A stretch of DNA of 64,000 nucleotides from the IMG/VR virus record IMGVR_UViG_3300043811_000176, positions 756-64,755 of that record, one strand, 5' to 3'. The translations under genes were made by a program, and so were the position numbers. Under the pieces are notes generated by a model that was not told the origin of the DNA, made no database searches, and was given only the letters and a program-made list of their open reading frames with translations. Source of the DNA: a virus (Duplodnaviria > Caudoviricetes). Position 1 is the stretch's first letter. Every line of letters starts with the position of its first letter. Shown one piece after another: positions 18,393 to 27,694 of this stretch.

Positions 18393-20179
18393 CAAAAACT
18401 CCAAGCTGACGGATTTTGAATGTAGGTCTGAGCATTCGCTAGCGTCAGGGGCGGTGTGGGCCAGCGTGTCGGCGGTCCGGCCGCAACGGCGCGCGCATTC
18501 CAATCCCAATGAAACTGCGGACCGGCGCCGATGGCCGCGACCTGCGCGCCCGCACCCGTGCTGCCGAGCCGGAAGTCCCCGTTCGCCACGGTGCCCGAGA
18601 GCAATGCGACTAGGTCAGAAGCTCCAAGCGCGATCGAATGTGCGTCCTGACCCGTAGCCGCCTGCCATGCGGCAAGCGTGGTGTAGATAGTTCCGTTATA
18701 TTTCATGCTGAGCGTTCCGGCGGCACCGTTAGACAGGAAGACATTGAAATTTCCGACGTAGGGCACGCCTCCAGGAATTTCCAACATGAGTCCGCCGGCC
18801 GTATTAGCAAAAATGCTATTCATTATCGTCAATGAACCACTCGTCCAACCCCCGCCGTCCAGGAACGTCCTGCGAACCCCGGCATGGTAGAAAAAGCAAT
18901 TTAAAAACGCCAGAAATGTTCCGTTCAAAGTAGAATTTAAAGATAGGCCCGGATTGGGGGAACCGACATCATAGGATACCAAATTTGAGATAACGATCGG
19001 GCCTCCAGCAGACGCCTTGGACAGAAAAAAATCCTGATTGGTGCTGCCTGACACTGCGTCATTTATCTGCACGTAATTTATTGACCCGTTATCGGACTGT
19101 GCTGTCACTCCAAATTCAGAATTATTGGTTATGAAATAGCCGTTTATAGACAGGTTCTTTGCTATCGAGCCAAACCCATTGCAATTTCCTATCCATATCT
19201 GTTGCGCGTTGTAATTGGTCAGAAGAGTTGCTAGATCGTCATGATCAAAATACGCTGCTGAGTTTGCTACATAAGAAATGTCGGAGTACACGCCGACCCT
19301 GGTAAGATTGATGGTGTTGCCTGCGAGCGTCTCCGGCGAGTTTGCGTAGGAAATGATCGGATTATTGCTGGGTTCAACCGCGGTTGTCGCGTCCCAACGG
19401 CAACAAATGCTATCTACGACATTTGATCCGTTTCCAGTCCATAGGTTATGCTTGGTGCCATCCTGTGCCAGCACGTTTATTATCGTCTGGCCCAAGCCTA
19501 TGAGAATGCAGGAGCCATTGTTGATCAACTGGCGCTTGGTGTTGATTCCGATAACAACAGAATCATCGCCGCTGCACTGAATTCCGTACTCGCGGACGGA
19601 TACTTCGTAGGTGTTGCCATCGGTGTTGGGATTATTAGCGCCGCCAGGATTGATTTGCACCGTGACGGGGCTCGATAACGGTTCACCGGGGTCGACGAAC
19701 GATCCAGGGGTCGAGGCGCACGTAGACACGTTGGCGACTCGCAGCAGCAAAAGCCCATTTTGGTATGCAGTCAAGCGGCTGATGTTCACTACGTCGATCG
19801 TCACGCTCTGCTGCCACACCGTGGTCTGTCCGGCGGTCAACGTCCAGCCTGTGACGACATTGGCGCCATCGATGATTGGGGCTGCGCCGGAGCCGTAGGA
19901 AACGATCGAAGTCGCGGTGCTGATTTCTTCGCGAAACGAAGATCCGCACTTGAGGGCAACGCTGGTATGAGTTGGATTTGCCGCGATAGCCGTCTTCACG
20001 GCCGCCAACGTTTGAAATGGAAGGGCTTGAGACGTGCCCGGATTGGAATCACTGCCTGCAACGCTATCGGCATACCAAGTTACCGGCGTAGCGCCTCCAC
20101 CGCCTACTATTTGCGCAGCCGCGCGAAAAGGGCAAGTCAGCACCGCTGCCGAGATGAGTAGTCGACGACGAGATATCAT
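18392..20179 (-). CDS. right-handed beta-helix (tailspike/lyase-like) protein with Tat-type leader
   Basis: MISRRRLL..AAA|Q; 'YADSVAGSDSNPGTSQALPFQTL', 'SYGSGAAPIIDGA', 'TLAAWQAATGQDAHS'. Confidence 0.75.
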   Translation of the reverse strand: MISRRRLLISAAVLTCPFRAAAQIVGGGGATPVTWYADSVAGSDSNPGTSQALPFQTLAAVKTAIAANPTHTSVALKCGSSFREEISTATSIVSYGSGAAPIIDGANVVTGWTLTAGQTTVWQQSVTIDVVNISRLTAYQNGLLLLRVANVSTCASTPGSFVDPGEPLSSPVTVQINPGGANNPNTDGNTYEVSVREYGIQCSGDDSVVIGINTKRQLINNGSCILIGLGQTIINVLAQDGTKHNLWTGNGSNVVDSICCRWDATTAVEPSNNPIISYANSPETLAGNTINLTRVGVYSDISYVANSAAYFDHDDLATLLTNYNAQQIWIGNCNGFGSIAKNLSINGYFITNNSEFGVTAQSDNGSINYVQINDAVSGSTNQDFFLSKASAGGPIVISNLVSYDVGSPNPGLSLNSTLNGTFLAFLNCFFYHAGVRRTFLDGGGWTSGSLTIMNSIFANTAGGLMLEIPGGVPYVGNFNVFLSNGAAGTLSMKYNGTIYTTLAAWQAATGQDAHSIALGASDLVALLSGTVANGDFRLGSTGAGAQVAAIGAGPQFHWDWNARAVAAGPPTRWPTPPLTLANAQTYIQNPSAWSF

Positions 20180-20235
20180 CGCATTTCACCGCAACTTGAC
20201 GCCAGCAGAAATTCTCGTTTGGAAAACATTCTGCA

Positions 20236-20802
20236 TTAATACCCTGTACACAGGTACGAGATCACGTCGCCGGTCGTCGTGGTCGCCGTAAAACTTGCCG
20301 CCGTTGTAGAGACGGTGGCGGTCGGTACTAGAGTGTTCGTCGGTGTGGTGCGGTCCGTTAGAATACAATTCCAGCCAGTGCCTACATTTCCCGATGCAAA
20401 CGTCAGAGTAAGCGTCGTGCCGGAACAGGTCGGCGCCACAAAAGTTCCAGCCGCGGCACCTCCCGTGGTCGTCCCGCCTGAACATGCGCCGGCAGAAGCT
20501 GTCGGTTTCAGACCGGTGGAATAAAACCCTCCTCCTTGAATTATACCGCTCGCATTCAGTGCCGACAATCCGTTCCCTGCGGCTATCCTTCCTAAAGCTG
20601 TAACCTGCCCACCAGCACCTTGATAAGTGAATCCCGAATCGCACGCGACGTTCCCGCTCGACTGATACAGAATTCCCGTCGTCCCCGACGTGCATGTAAG
20701 AGGCGTCGCGCCGGAGACGATTGAAGATGAGCCGCTGCCCGATATCTGCTGTGCCCAAGCAGCGTGGGCAAGCAGTATGAATACGAGGATTCTCCAGATC
20801 AT
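20236..20802 (-). CDS. exported Thr/Gly-rich fibre-like protein
   Basis: Signal MIWRILVFILLAHAAWA|Q; C-terminal 'GDVISYLCTGY'. Confidence 0.65.
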   Translation of the reverse strand: MIWRILVFILLAHAAWAQQISGSGSSSIVSGATPLTCTSGTTGILYQSSGNVACDSGFTYQGAGGQVTALGRIAAGNGLSALNASGIIQGGGFYSTGLKPTASAGACSGGTTTGGAAAGTFVAPTCSGTTLTLTFASGNVGTGWNCILTDRTTPTNTLVPTATVSTTAASFTATTTTGDVISYLCTGY

Positions 20803-21251
20803 TGGTAGGTTCCTCGCACAAAACCAACCGTGGAAAGCGTCAGCGTGGCACACGCGGTCGAGCTGATGGCGACCACGATGCCGATCGAGTACCAGACCGG
20901 GTAATTCGGATAAGTCAGGGAGCGAGACGAACCTGCCGAGACGTCGACGCAATCGACGAGATTGCCCGAAGCACCGCTTCCGTCGCCCGCCGTCGTCGAT
21001 CCGTTGGCCGGCGCGGTCGTCGAGTTGAATATCATGATCCAACAGGCCGCCGTGCATTCGGCATAGACTCCCAGCAGAAATCCTTCGCTCGTTTTGAGCA
21101 CGCAACTCGATACGGCCGAGCCGCAAGTTTGGCTCTGGAGCCCAAGGTTTGGGGGCGCAAGACGCACATTGCTTTGCGCTCGAAGCGGGTTCGCTCCAGC
21201 GACCAGCAAGCATATTGTAGTGAATACGACTACAAGAGCGTTTCGCTTCAT
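20799..21251 (-). CDS. exported Cys-containing beta protein
   Basis: Signal ending LRA|Q; 'VWYSIGIVVAISST'. Confidence 0.65.
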   Translation of the reverse strand: MKRNALVVVFTTICLLVAGANPLRAQSNVRLAPPNLGLQSQTCGSAVSSCVLKTSEGFLLGVYAECTAACWIMIFNSTTAPANGSTTAGDGSGASGNLVDCVDVSAGSSRSLTYPNYPVWYSIGIVVAISSTACATLTLSTVGFVRGTYQ

Positions 21252-21553
21252 TTCCGCCTCACCAGCCAGTTGGCCGCGAGCACGAACGCGGCGAAGATCG
21301 ATAGAGACACGATCTGGGTCGGGTTGGGATCCGGGGTTTTATACCACAGCCACCACGTGCCTGTCATGGTCACCAGGGTAAAGAGATTGGCGATGGCAGA
21401 GAGCGTGCGCTGAGACAGCGTCTTCAAGCTCAGCAACAGGAGATCGAGCCCAGGAGGTGCGGCGTCTTGTCGCTCCTGAGCCCTTGTCGAAGGAGCATCC
21501 GTCTCTTCAGGCTCGTCCTGAATGACTTCCCACTTTCGTGTCGCGTCGCTCAT
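21248..21553 (-). CDS. two-TM membrane protein
   Basis: Two C-terminal hydrophobic helices. Confidence 0.65.
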   Translation of the reverse strand: MSDATRKWEVIQDEPEETDAPSTRAQERQDAAPPGLDLLLLSLKTLSQRTLSAIANLFTLVTMTGTWWLWYKTPDPNPTQIVSLSIFAAFVLAANWLVRRK

Positions 21554-21677
21554 CGCGTTTTTCCTTCTTCAGGCGGTCCAATAGCGGTTGCCAAATCTCC
21601 CACTGCCACGGTTCAAGCATGACAGGAGGCTGCTTCGGATCAGGACGCAACTCGTCGTATATTTCCGGGTCGACCAT
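21507..21677 (-). CDS. 56-aa hypothetical protein containing 'LEPWQ'
   Basis: CAGGAG SD before ATG at 21677. Confidence 0.5.
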   Translation of the reverse strand: MVDPEIYDELRPDPKQPPVMLEPWQWEIWQPLLDRLKKEKRDERRDTKVGSHSGRA

Positions 21678-21879
21678 CGCGGTTCTCCTGGTTGAATCGA
21701 TCAAAGTCGAACCCGCCTTCGGCGGGCAAATCATCCTTTACTTTAGATTTCAACAGCATCGTATAGTGCGGATTGAGGATTTTCAACGCCTCGCGGCGGT
21801 CCTCGGGGGTCGCGCTCGGATCCAGCGCATCTTCTGCGACGCGCAGCGCGAGTTCCTCGATCTTCTCCTTGGCGCTCAT
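21640..21879 (-). CDS. hypothetical protein
   Basis: ATGA-coupled to large ejection gene. Confidence 0.65.
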   Translation of the reverse strand: MSAKEKIEELALRVAEDALDPSATPEDRREALKILNPHYTMLLKSKVKDDLPAEGGFDFDRFNQENRDGRPGNIRRVAS

Positions 21880-24800
21880 TTGAATCGCACCGTGTGGTAA
21901 GGTGATTCTCCCGGTACCTGTATGGCACCTTCGATCTGCTCTGGCGACAGCCGCCCCTCTGGAACGCTGGACTGGTGAATGGAGACTTCTCCCCTTCTGG
22001 CCGCTTCCGCTATCGCCCGTTTCACGCTTTCCAAGGAAAGACCTGATTTTTTGGCGAGATCGGAAATGTACACGGAACTAATGCCCCCGTTATCCTGCAC
22101 TGCAGATTTGTAAGCCTGCCTCAAGTCTCCGAGGCCCGTGGCTTCTTTCCTCGTGCCGAGCGACGCGAAGCCAAGGCGGTCGCCGCCGACTTCCAAAGAC
22201 TGGTCAGGCGCAACAGGCTCCTTTGCTTTCGCTGCGAGCCGCTCTTTGAGCCGCGCCTGATATGCCTGGGAACGAGCCAGCGCTTCCTTCACTTCTTCAT
22301 CGGTCATTTTACTTATCGACTTAGTGCCGCCTTCTTCGCGCTGCGCTCCGGCCGATCGGAAGTTGACGCGATCAGCCCCGCCCAATTTTCCGCCCGCCAT
22401 CCCTGCCGCCCCACGTTGCGCCAGCGGCATCCCACTTGTGATGGCCATTCCGGCTACTGCTTTGCCGCGCCGGATAGCTTCCGGTGTCGGCATCCCCGTC
22501 TCAGGATCGGTCACCGGGAACGCGCCATGGAGCGCGTCGTACGGCGCCCCGACCGCGCTCGTCACCCGGTTGCCGAAATAATCCAGCACCTGCGGCAGCC
22601 CGCTCTCACGAGCGTTCGCCTTCGCATAGGGCGCTCGCGACCTCGCCGCGGCGACGTCGGCCGCCTGCTGCGCCGCGGCGGGATCGTCCAAGGGGACGAC
22701 AGCCTCCGGCCCGGCCTCGCCGATCATGGCGACCGTCGGCTGGGTGACGATCCCGCCTTCGGCGAATTGCGGTAGCTGGTTACCACCTACCGGATTTTCT
22801 TGGGACGGCGGGAGACCTTCCGAGCCAGCCTGATACTGGCTTTCGCCGACGGCCGCCCCAACCGCACCGCCGGCATTCATGGCGCGCTGCACGGCTTCCT
22901 TGACGACTTCTCGCGCTCGACTGTCGCCTTTGAGTCCCTTTTGGACCCACTTCATGAAGGCGACGTTGTTCGACAACTTGGTAACCATCTCGTAATATTT
23001 GCCCAACACAGAGCGCGCTACAGCATCACTGCCCGGCAACACCGAGAAAGGTTCCTTGATCGCTGTCCGAAGGATGCCTTTATTGGTTGCAAGCGTCCCC
23101 CACGGATGTTCGACTTTAGCAGTTGCCGACATCGAAAGGCCAGCACCGGGGTCAGCTCCCTTGGACGACATCAGGAAGTCCATTTCCTTTGCGAGAGTCT
23201 GCATCTCTTTGATAGTCGTGCCGGGAAACATGATATTCTGCACTTCGGGAGAAACAGTCTTTAACCGTTCACTGGGTTTAAGAGTATCTCGCAGAAAGCG
23301 TTGCAACCACACTTGCCGAAGCATGTTGAACTCGGGCGACTTCGGATCGAACCGGCCAGCGGCGGCAATCAGAAGATCCTCATTATCCAATATCTTGTCG
23401 GCAGCCTTCGCGGCACCGAAGGTCGGATCATACAGAAACCCAAGAGGATCATTCTTGCGCTCAGCTCGTGCCTTGCCTGCTACTTGCGCGTGCTCGCGCT
23501 GCATACGCTTTATCTCGGTGTTCAGCGTGCGCAACGGGTCCGTTTTAGCCGCGACTCTGGCTGCTTCAGCAGTCGCGTGCGCCTGCGCGATGGCATCCGC
23601 CATGCGGTCGCCGGGACGGAGCGTCAGCGGAATTCGACCATCGAGCGCCGCCACGTCCTGTGCCTGCCGAAGTAGTCGCTGACTTACATTACGACCGTGC
23701 ACGGCGTCGAGGATGCCTGATCTGTGCCGATCCAGGACTTGGCGCGTGAACGCGCCGCCATCGATTTCGCCCTCAACCAAACCGCGACTCGAATTCAATA
23801 TCTGCCGGAGATCGGCGGCTTGCACGCCGGCCCATAAATTGGGGCCGACCATCTCGCGAATCCGGTTGGTCAGGTCAGTATGCCCTTCCTTGACCACGGT
23901 ATCGAACAGCCGCTGCGGATCGGCAGGTTCGCCGGATTCGAGTCCGCGCATGACTGCCTTGATCTGGTTGGCTTCGAAGATCGGCATGTTCTCACGGTAG
24001 AAGGCATCGGCACGATCGAGTTGACGCGCGGCCTCCTGCAATTCCGGGACAGCGTGAGGATCGTGAAGCGCCTCGTCGACGCGTCGCGCGAAAAACTTGT
24101 AAGTGCCGTTCTTGATGTCGGAATTAAGCCGGTAAAAGTCAGCGTTTGAGCGTATCTGCGAGCGTAAATTATGTAGTTGCCCAAATGTTGGAGCCGACGA
24201 CGGTTCGCGAATAACCGCGCCCGTCTGGGGGTCGTGTTCACCGGCCATGGCACGCAGCTGCCGCACCAACGCAGGTTGGTTACGCTCGAACTCTTCGGGC
24301 AATTGCGAGGCGAATTGTTCGGCTAACTCCGGCAAGCCTTGCACATTCGGCAAATGCTCGCCGGCAAGCTCGTCGGCCTGATTATACATGTCCGTGGCGC
24401 GTTCTTGCAGGCCACGCTTCACAGCTTGTAGACGCTCACCGACCGTTGCCCACAGGTCGCCGCCATTGTGCCCGGCACCGGACACGCGAGCCGCTTCGTG
24501 CATAGTCTGCTGAATGTGCTGGTAGCCCTGATCGATAAGCCGCTGAGCTTCGCGACGACTGCTCTCAGCCGCACGGTTGATCGCCGCTTGCTGTTCCTGC
24601 GCCGCAGGCAACCCCGCCTGCAACCCCGCGCGTCGTTCGTCCAGAACTCGACGCAATTCGTCATCGGCCGCTCTTGACTGCGCAAGCACCTTGGCTTGCA
24701 ACGCCTCTCCAGCCTGGCGGGAAGAAACTGCCGCCGTCGGTTTAACCAGAGAACCAGCATCTGAGACGCCAACTTGGTCCAAAAGACTTGCACCGCTTTT

Positions 24801-25805
24801 TTCATAATGAGCGGTTGCTGACTTCAACAACGGTTTGCTTGTATCGAACGCCGGATGAAACACTTCCGCCATGTTTTGGATGTGCGGCGCGCCTTTAGCC
24901 CACATGGAGGGCGGAACCAGAGCCCCTTTTTCGCGAAGGCCGATTGCAGACTCCAAACCTTCGGGATCGGCCCCCAGGAACTTGGCGGCAACGCCAGATC
25001 CTGCGCCGCTCTTGATAGCTTGTTTTAAACCTCCCGCGGCCCCGATTGTAGCACCCATCGAACGACCAACACCAGCGCCTGCTGCCGCGAAACCGCTGGC
25101 TTGAGCAAGATTGAGCGCTTCTTCGCCTCCAGATCGGTCGTAGACGCCCGCGAGTTGCAAAATGATGTCGTTGAAGCCCTGGCCAAGCGCCCCGCCCAAC
25201 CCCGCGCCAGCTACCGCTCCAACAGGTCCGCCGACAACAGCTCCACCGACTTCCCCCAGGGCGCTGCCCGCCATTGGACCACCTGCCCCGCCAACAGTAG
25301 AGATAATACCCGTCGGGCTTTCTAGGATGTTCTTGGGGCGCAACCGCTTCCCGTCATCGTCGACGTAGAATCGCCCCTGCGTGTCCTGCTGCACTTTGCC
25401 TGGATAAGATCGTTCCAGCGCTTTGCGGCGCTCCTTATCGTTGACGGCCATGTGATAGAGCGTAGACGCGGTTAGGTCGACGTCCTGATAAGCGGGCTTG
25501 GTGCGGCGGATGCCTTCGGGATCGACGTATTCTTTTCCCTCCGGAACGAGATCGTAACTTTCCTCGTCGGTAACAGTCCACGATTTAATACGGGTAACAC
25601 CGTCCGGATCAATAAAGCGCATGCCGGGATTGAGCGCGTTATAACCTTCTTCATCCGTGATCTTGATCGGAGGCGCAATCTTCTCTTCCAGCGGCGCTTT
25701 AGCGCTTGCAGGCAACGCGCGGCGCATGACGGTGCGCAGGCCGCTGCCTGCCAAGGCGTCGGCTTGTTGCTCGGGCGTCTGTTCCGGAGCCTGATCCAGT
25801 TCCAT
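21876..25805 (-). CDS. large internal virion / DNA ejection protein
   Basis: 1309 aa, helical, Gly/Ala hydrophobic stretch near N-terminus; third of three such genes. Confidence 0.7.
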   Translation of the reverse strand: MELDQAPEQTPEQQADALAGSGLRTVMRRALPASAKAPLEEKIAPPIKITDEEGYNALNPGMRFIDPDGVTRIKSWTVTDEESYDLVPEGKEYVDPEGIRRTKPAYQDVDLTASTLYHMAVNDKERRKALERSYPGKVQQDTQGRFYVDDDGKRLRPKNILESPTGIISTVGGAGGPMAGSALGEVGGAVVGGPVGAVAGAGLGGALGQGFNDIILQLAGVYDRSGGEEALNLAQASGFAAAGAGVGRSMGATIGAAGGLKQAIKSGAGSGVAAKFLGADPEGLESAIGLREKGALVPPSMWAKGAPHIQNMAEVFHPAFDTSKPLLKSATAHYEKSGASLLDQVGVSDAGSLVKPTAAVSSRQAGEALQAKVLAQSRAADDELRRVLDERRAGLQAGLPAAQEQQAAINRAAESSRREAQRLIDQGYQHIQQTMHEAARVSGAGHNGGDLWATVGERLQAVKRGLQERATDMYNQADELAGEHLPNVQGLPELAEQFASQLPEEFERNQPALVRQLRAMAGEHDPQTGAVIREPSSAPTFGQLHNLRSQIRSNADFYRLNSDIKNGTYKFFARRVDEALHDPHAVPELQEAARQLDRADAFYRENMPIFEANQIKAVMRGLESGEPADPQRLFDTVVKEGHTDLTNRIREMVGPNLWAGVQAADLRQILNSSRGLVEGEIDGGAFTRQVLDRHRSGILDAVHGRNVSQRLLRQAQDVAALDGRIPLTLRPGDRMADAIAQAHATAEAARVAAKTDPLRTLNTEIKRMQREHAQVAGKARAERKNDPLGFLYDPTFGAAKAADKILDNEDLLIAAAGRFDPKSPEFNMLRQVWLQRFLRDTLKPSERLKTVSPEVQNIMFPGTTIKEMQTLAKEMDFLMSSKGADPGAGLSMSATAKVEHPWGTLATNKGILRTAIKEPFSVLPGSDAVARSVLGKYYEMVTKLSNNVAFMKWVQKGLKGDSRAREVVKEAVQRAMNAGGAVGAAVGESQYQAGSEGLPPSQENPVGGNQLPQFAEGGIVTQPTVAMIGEAGPEAVVPLDDPAAAQQAADVAAARSRAPYAKANARESGLPQVLDYFGNRVTSAVGAPYDALHGAFPVTDPETGMPTPEAIRRGKAVAGMAITSGMPLAQRGAAGMAGGKLGGADRVNFRSAGAQREEGGTKSISKMTDEEVKEALARSQAYQARLKERLAAKAKEPVAPDQSLEVGGDRLGFASLGTRKEATGLGDLRQAYKSAVQDNGGISSVYISDLAKKSGLSLESVKRAIAEAARRGEVSIHQSSVPEGRLSPEQIEGAIQVPGESPYHTVRFK

Positions 25806-25822
25806 TTTAGAATGCCTAGTCT

Positions 25823-26020
25823 TTAACGCCGCTTACGCCACTTATCGGCGATTTCGCGCGCGCGCTCGTGTTGCTTCTTCTGTTCCTCGGGCAGCAAAAT
25901 ACGCATATTCTGCGCAGCAATATTGCCGCGCACGAATCGGCCGATCGTGCGTTTCAAGACGAGGTTCCAAGCCTTCGCCACGTCGAAACGAGGCGGCAGG
26001 CTCGCAAAGTGAGTCCCCAT
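25823..26020 (-). CDS. small basic hypothetical protein
   Basis: ORF between ejection genes; start uncertain. Confidence 0.4.
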   Translation of the reverse strand: MGTHFASLPPRFDVAKAWNLVLKRTIGRFVRGNIAAQNMRILLPEEQKKQHERAREIADKWRKRR

Positions 26021-26055
26021 GCTTATCACCGCCTTTCTCTCCTCCCTTGGTTCCA

Positions 26056-27657
26056 TCAGGGGCTCGGTGCGTCGTTGGCCCACGGCTTTTTACCGGAAGT
26101 GGGCGGCGGAGCAGGTGCAGCACTCGGCGCAGCGGTCACCGGCCGCCCCAACTCCTGCTCGGTCTCGCTTCGCATCGTCGCATAAAGCTTTTTCAGTTCT
26201 CGCAACGAGCGCAGCGTGTTGGCGGTGGTATCGCCAGCTGAAAGTCCGGCAATGATGCTGTCAATCCGGTCACCGGTCGACTTCAACCGGTCGTTCTTGC
26301 TCGTGAGAAGTTCCTTACCCCACAGTTGGAGAAAATTGACGTCGCGCATCATCTGCACGCGGTCGCTGTCCTTTATGGCGCCAGCCGAGACCATGTTAGA
26401 AAGGCGTTCTTCCAGTCGTAGGGCTTTGCCCGGAATACCGGCCGACATGGCGTGTGCCTGCAATTCGTGCTCCACGCGGTCGATGATTTCTTCCGAATGC
26501 GTGAATTTGTAGGCGCGCTCTTGGAGTTCCACCTGCTTGTTGCCTGACAGGTTGGTCACGGCTTGAGAGATGATCTTATTGGTTTCCGCGGCATTCGGTT
26601 CGCGCCCATCGTGCGCAGCTCTGAATTCGGCCTTGGCTTTCTCGATAGCATCCACCCTTTCAGCGGCTAAAGTTCGCGCGCCCCCCGCGCTCGTCGCGCG
26701 AAGCTGCTCCGGGGTCAGATCGCCTTGCGAAGCGCGCAGGGCGTCACTCCACGCCTTGGCCTTAAACGCCACGTATTCCGGCGTCTTGTTCTCGTCGTTC
26801 ACCCCCGGATGGGCGTCTTGATACTCTTTGATCGAATCCGCGTACTGCTGCCGGAAGAAATCCTGCTTCTCGAACTCGAACTTCGACTTGCGCATCTCCT
26901 CCGACGCCTTGAACTGCGCGGCCTGCACGTCCAGCACCTCCTTGTCCATGCCGTTTTCCAGCATGATCCGCATTTTCTGGTTGTCGAACTGCGCCGCAAG
27001 CATCAAACTTTTCTGCTTCCAGAGACCCATGTCGGTCGTCAGCAGCTTGTTGGCGTCCTCGTAGAGGTTGCGCTCCATGTCGAAGCGTTTGAGTGCCAGG
27101 TCGGAGTTGCTTTTCCAAGCGTCGAAATACTGCTTGTACGCCTTCTCGTCGGACTGCGCAGTCGCCTGCATGGCAGCGGCACCCGCATTCAAGGCGCTGA
27201 TCATGGGCGTGCGGGTGAACGCGGAGGCGGCCATAGCGAAGATCATGCCGACCGAGCCGAAGTTCTCCATGGGGCCGCGGATGTATTTGGCTTTCTCCTG
27301 CTCGGCGTTCCACGGCCGGAGGGCAGGATCGCGCGCATCGGCCGACTCCAGGGCATAGGATTGCGCCATCTTCTGGCGATCCTGTCTCATCTGGTCTTCC
27401 GCCCGCCGATCGACGTAAGTCTGAGCCTCGCCCTTTGCCGCGGCCTCATCGGCGAGGCGGCTTGACACGTAGTCGGAGGAACCCGGCGCCAGACCGGTTA
27501 TGTTGGAGCCCCCGTAGGGCGCGTAGTCGGGAAGGGCGGAACCGGGCGGAGGGGCGGCTTGCGGCAAGGCCGACTGTCCGACGGGCGGCTCGCCCGGTTT
27601 CCAGGTTAGGGCTGGACCAGAAAGCGCCGGAGGATCGTTGACAAAAACGTCGGACAC
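26056..27657 (-). CDS. internal virion / ejection protein
   Basis: 533 aa, helical, position in module. Confidence 0.65.
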   Translation of the reverse strand: MSDVFVNDPPALSGPALTWKPGEPPVGQSALPQAAPPPGSALPDYAPYGGSNITGLAPGSSDYVSSRLADEAAAKGEAQTYVDRRAEDQMRQDRQKMAQSYALESADARDPALRPWNAEQEKAKYIRGPMENFGSVGMIFAMAASAFTRTPMISALNAGAAAMQATAQSDEKAYKQYFDAWKSNSDLALKRFDMERNLYEDANKLLTTDMGLWKQKSLMLAAQFDNQKMRIMLENGMDKEVLDVQAAQFKASEEMRKSKFEFEKQDFFRQQYADSIKEYQDAHPGVNDENKTPEYVAFKAKAWSDALRASQGDLTPEQLRATSAGGARTLAAERVDAIEKAKAEFRAAHDGREPNAAETNKIISQAVTNLSGNKQVELQERAYKFTHSEEIIDRVEHELQAHAMSAGIPGKALRLEERLSNMVSAGAIKDSDRVQMMRDVNFLQLWGKELLTSKNDRLKSTGDRIDSIIAGLSAGDTTANTLRSLRELKKLYATMRSETEQELGRPVTAAPSAAPAPPPTSGKKPWANDAPSP

Positions 27658-27694
27658 GTCACTGGTCTCTGGCTCGTTCTAATTCGGTCATGTT

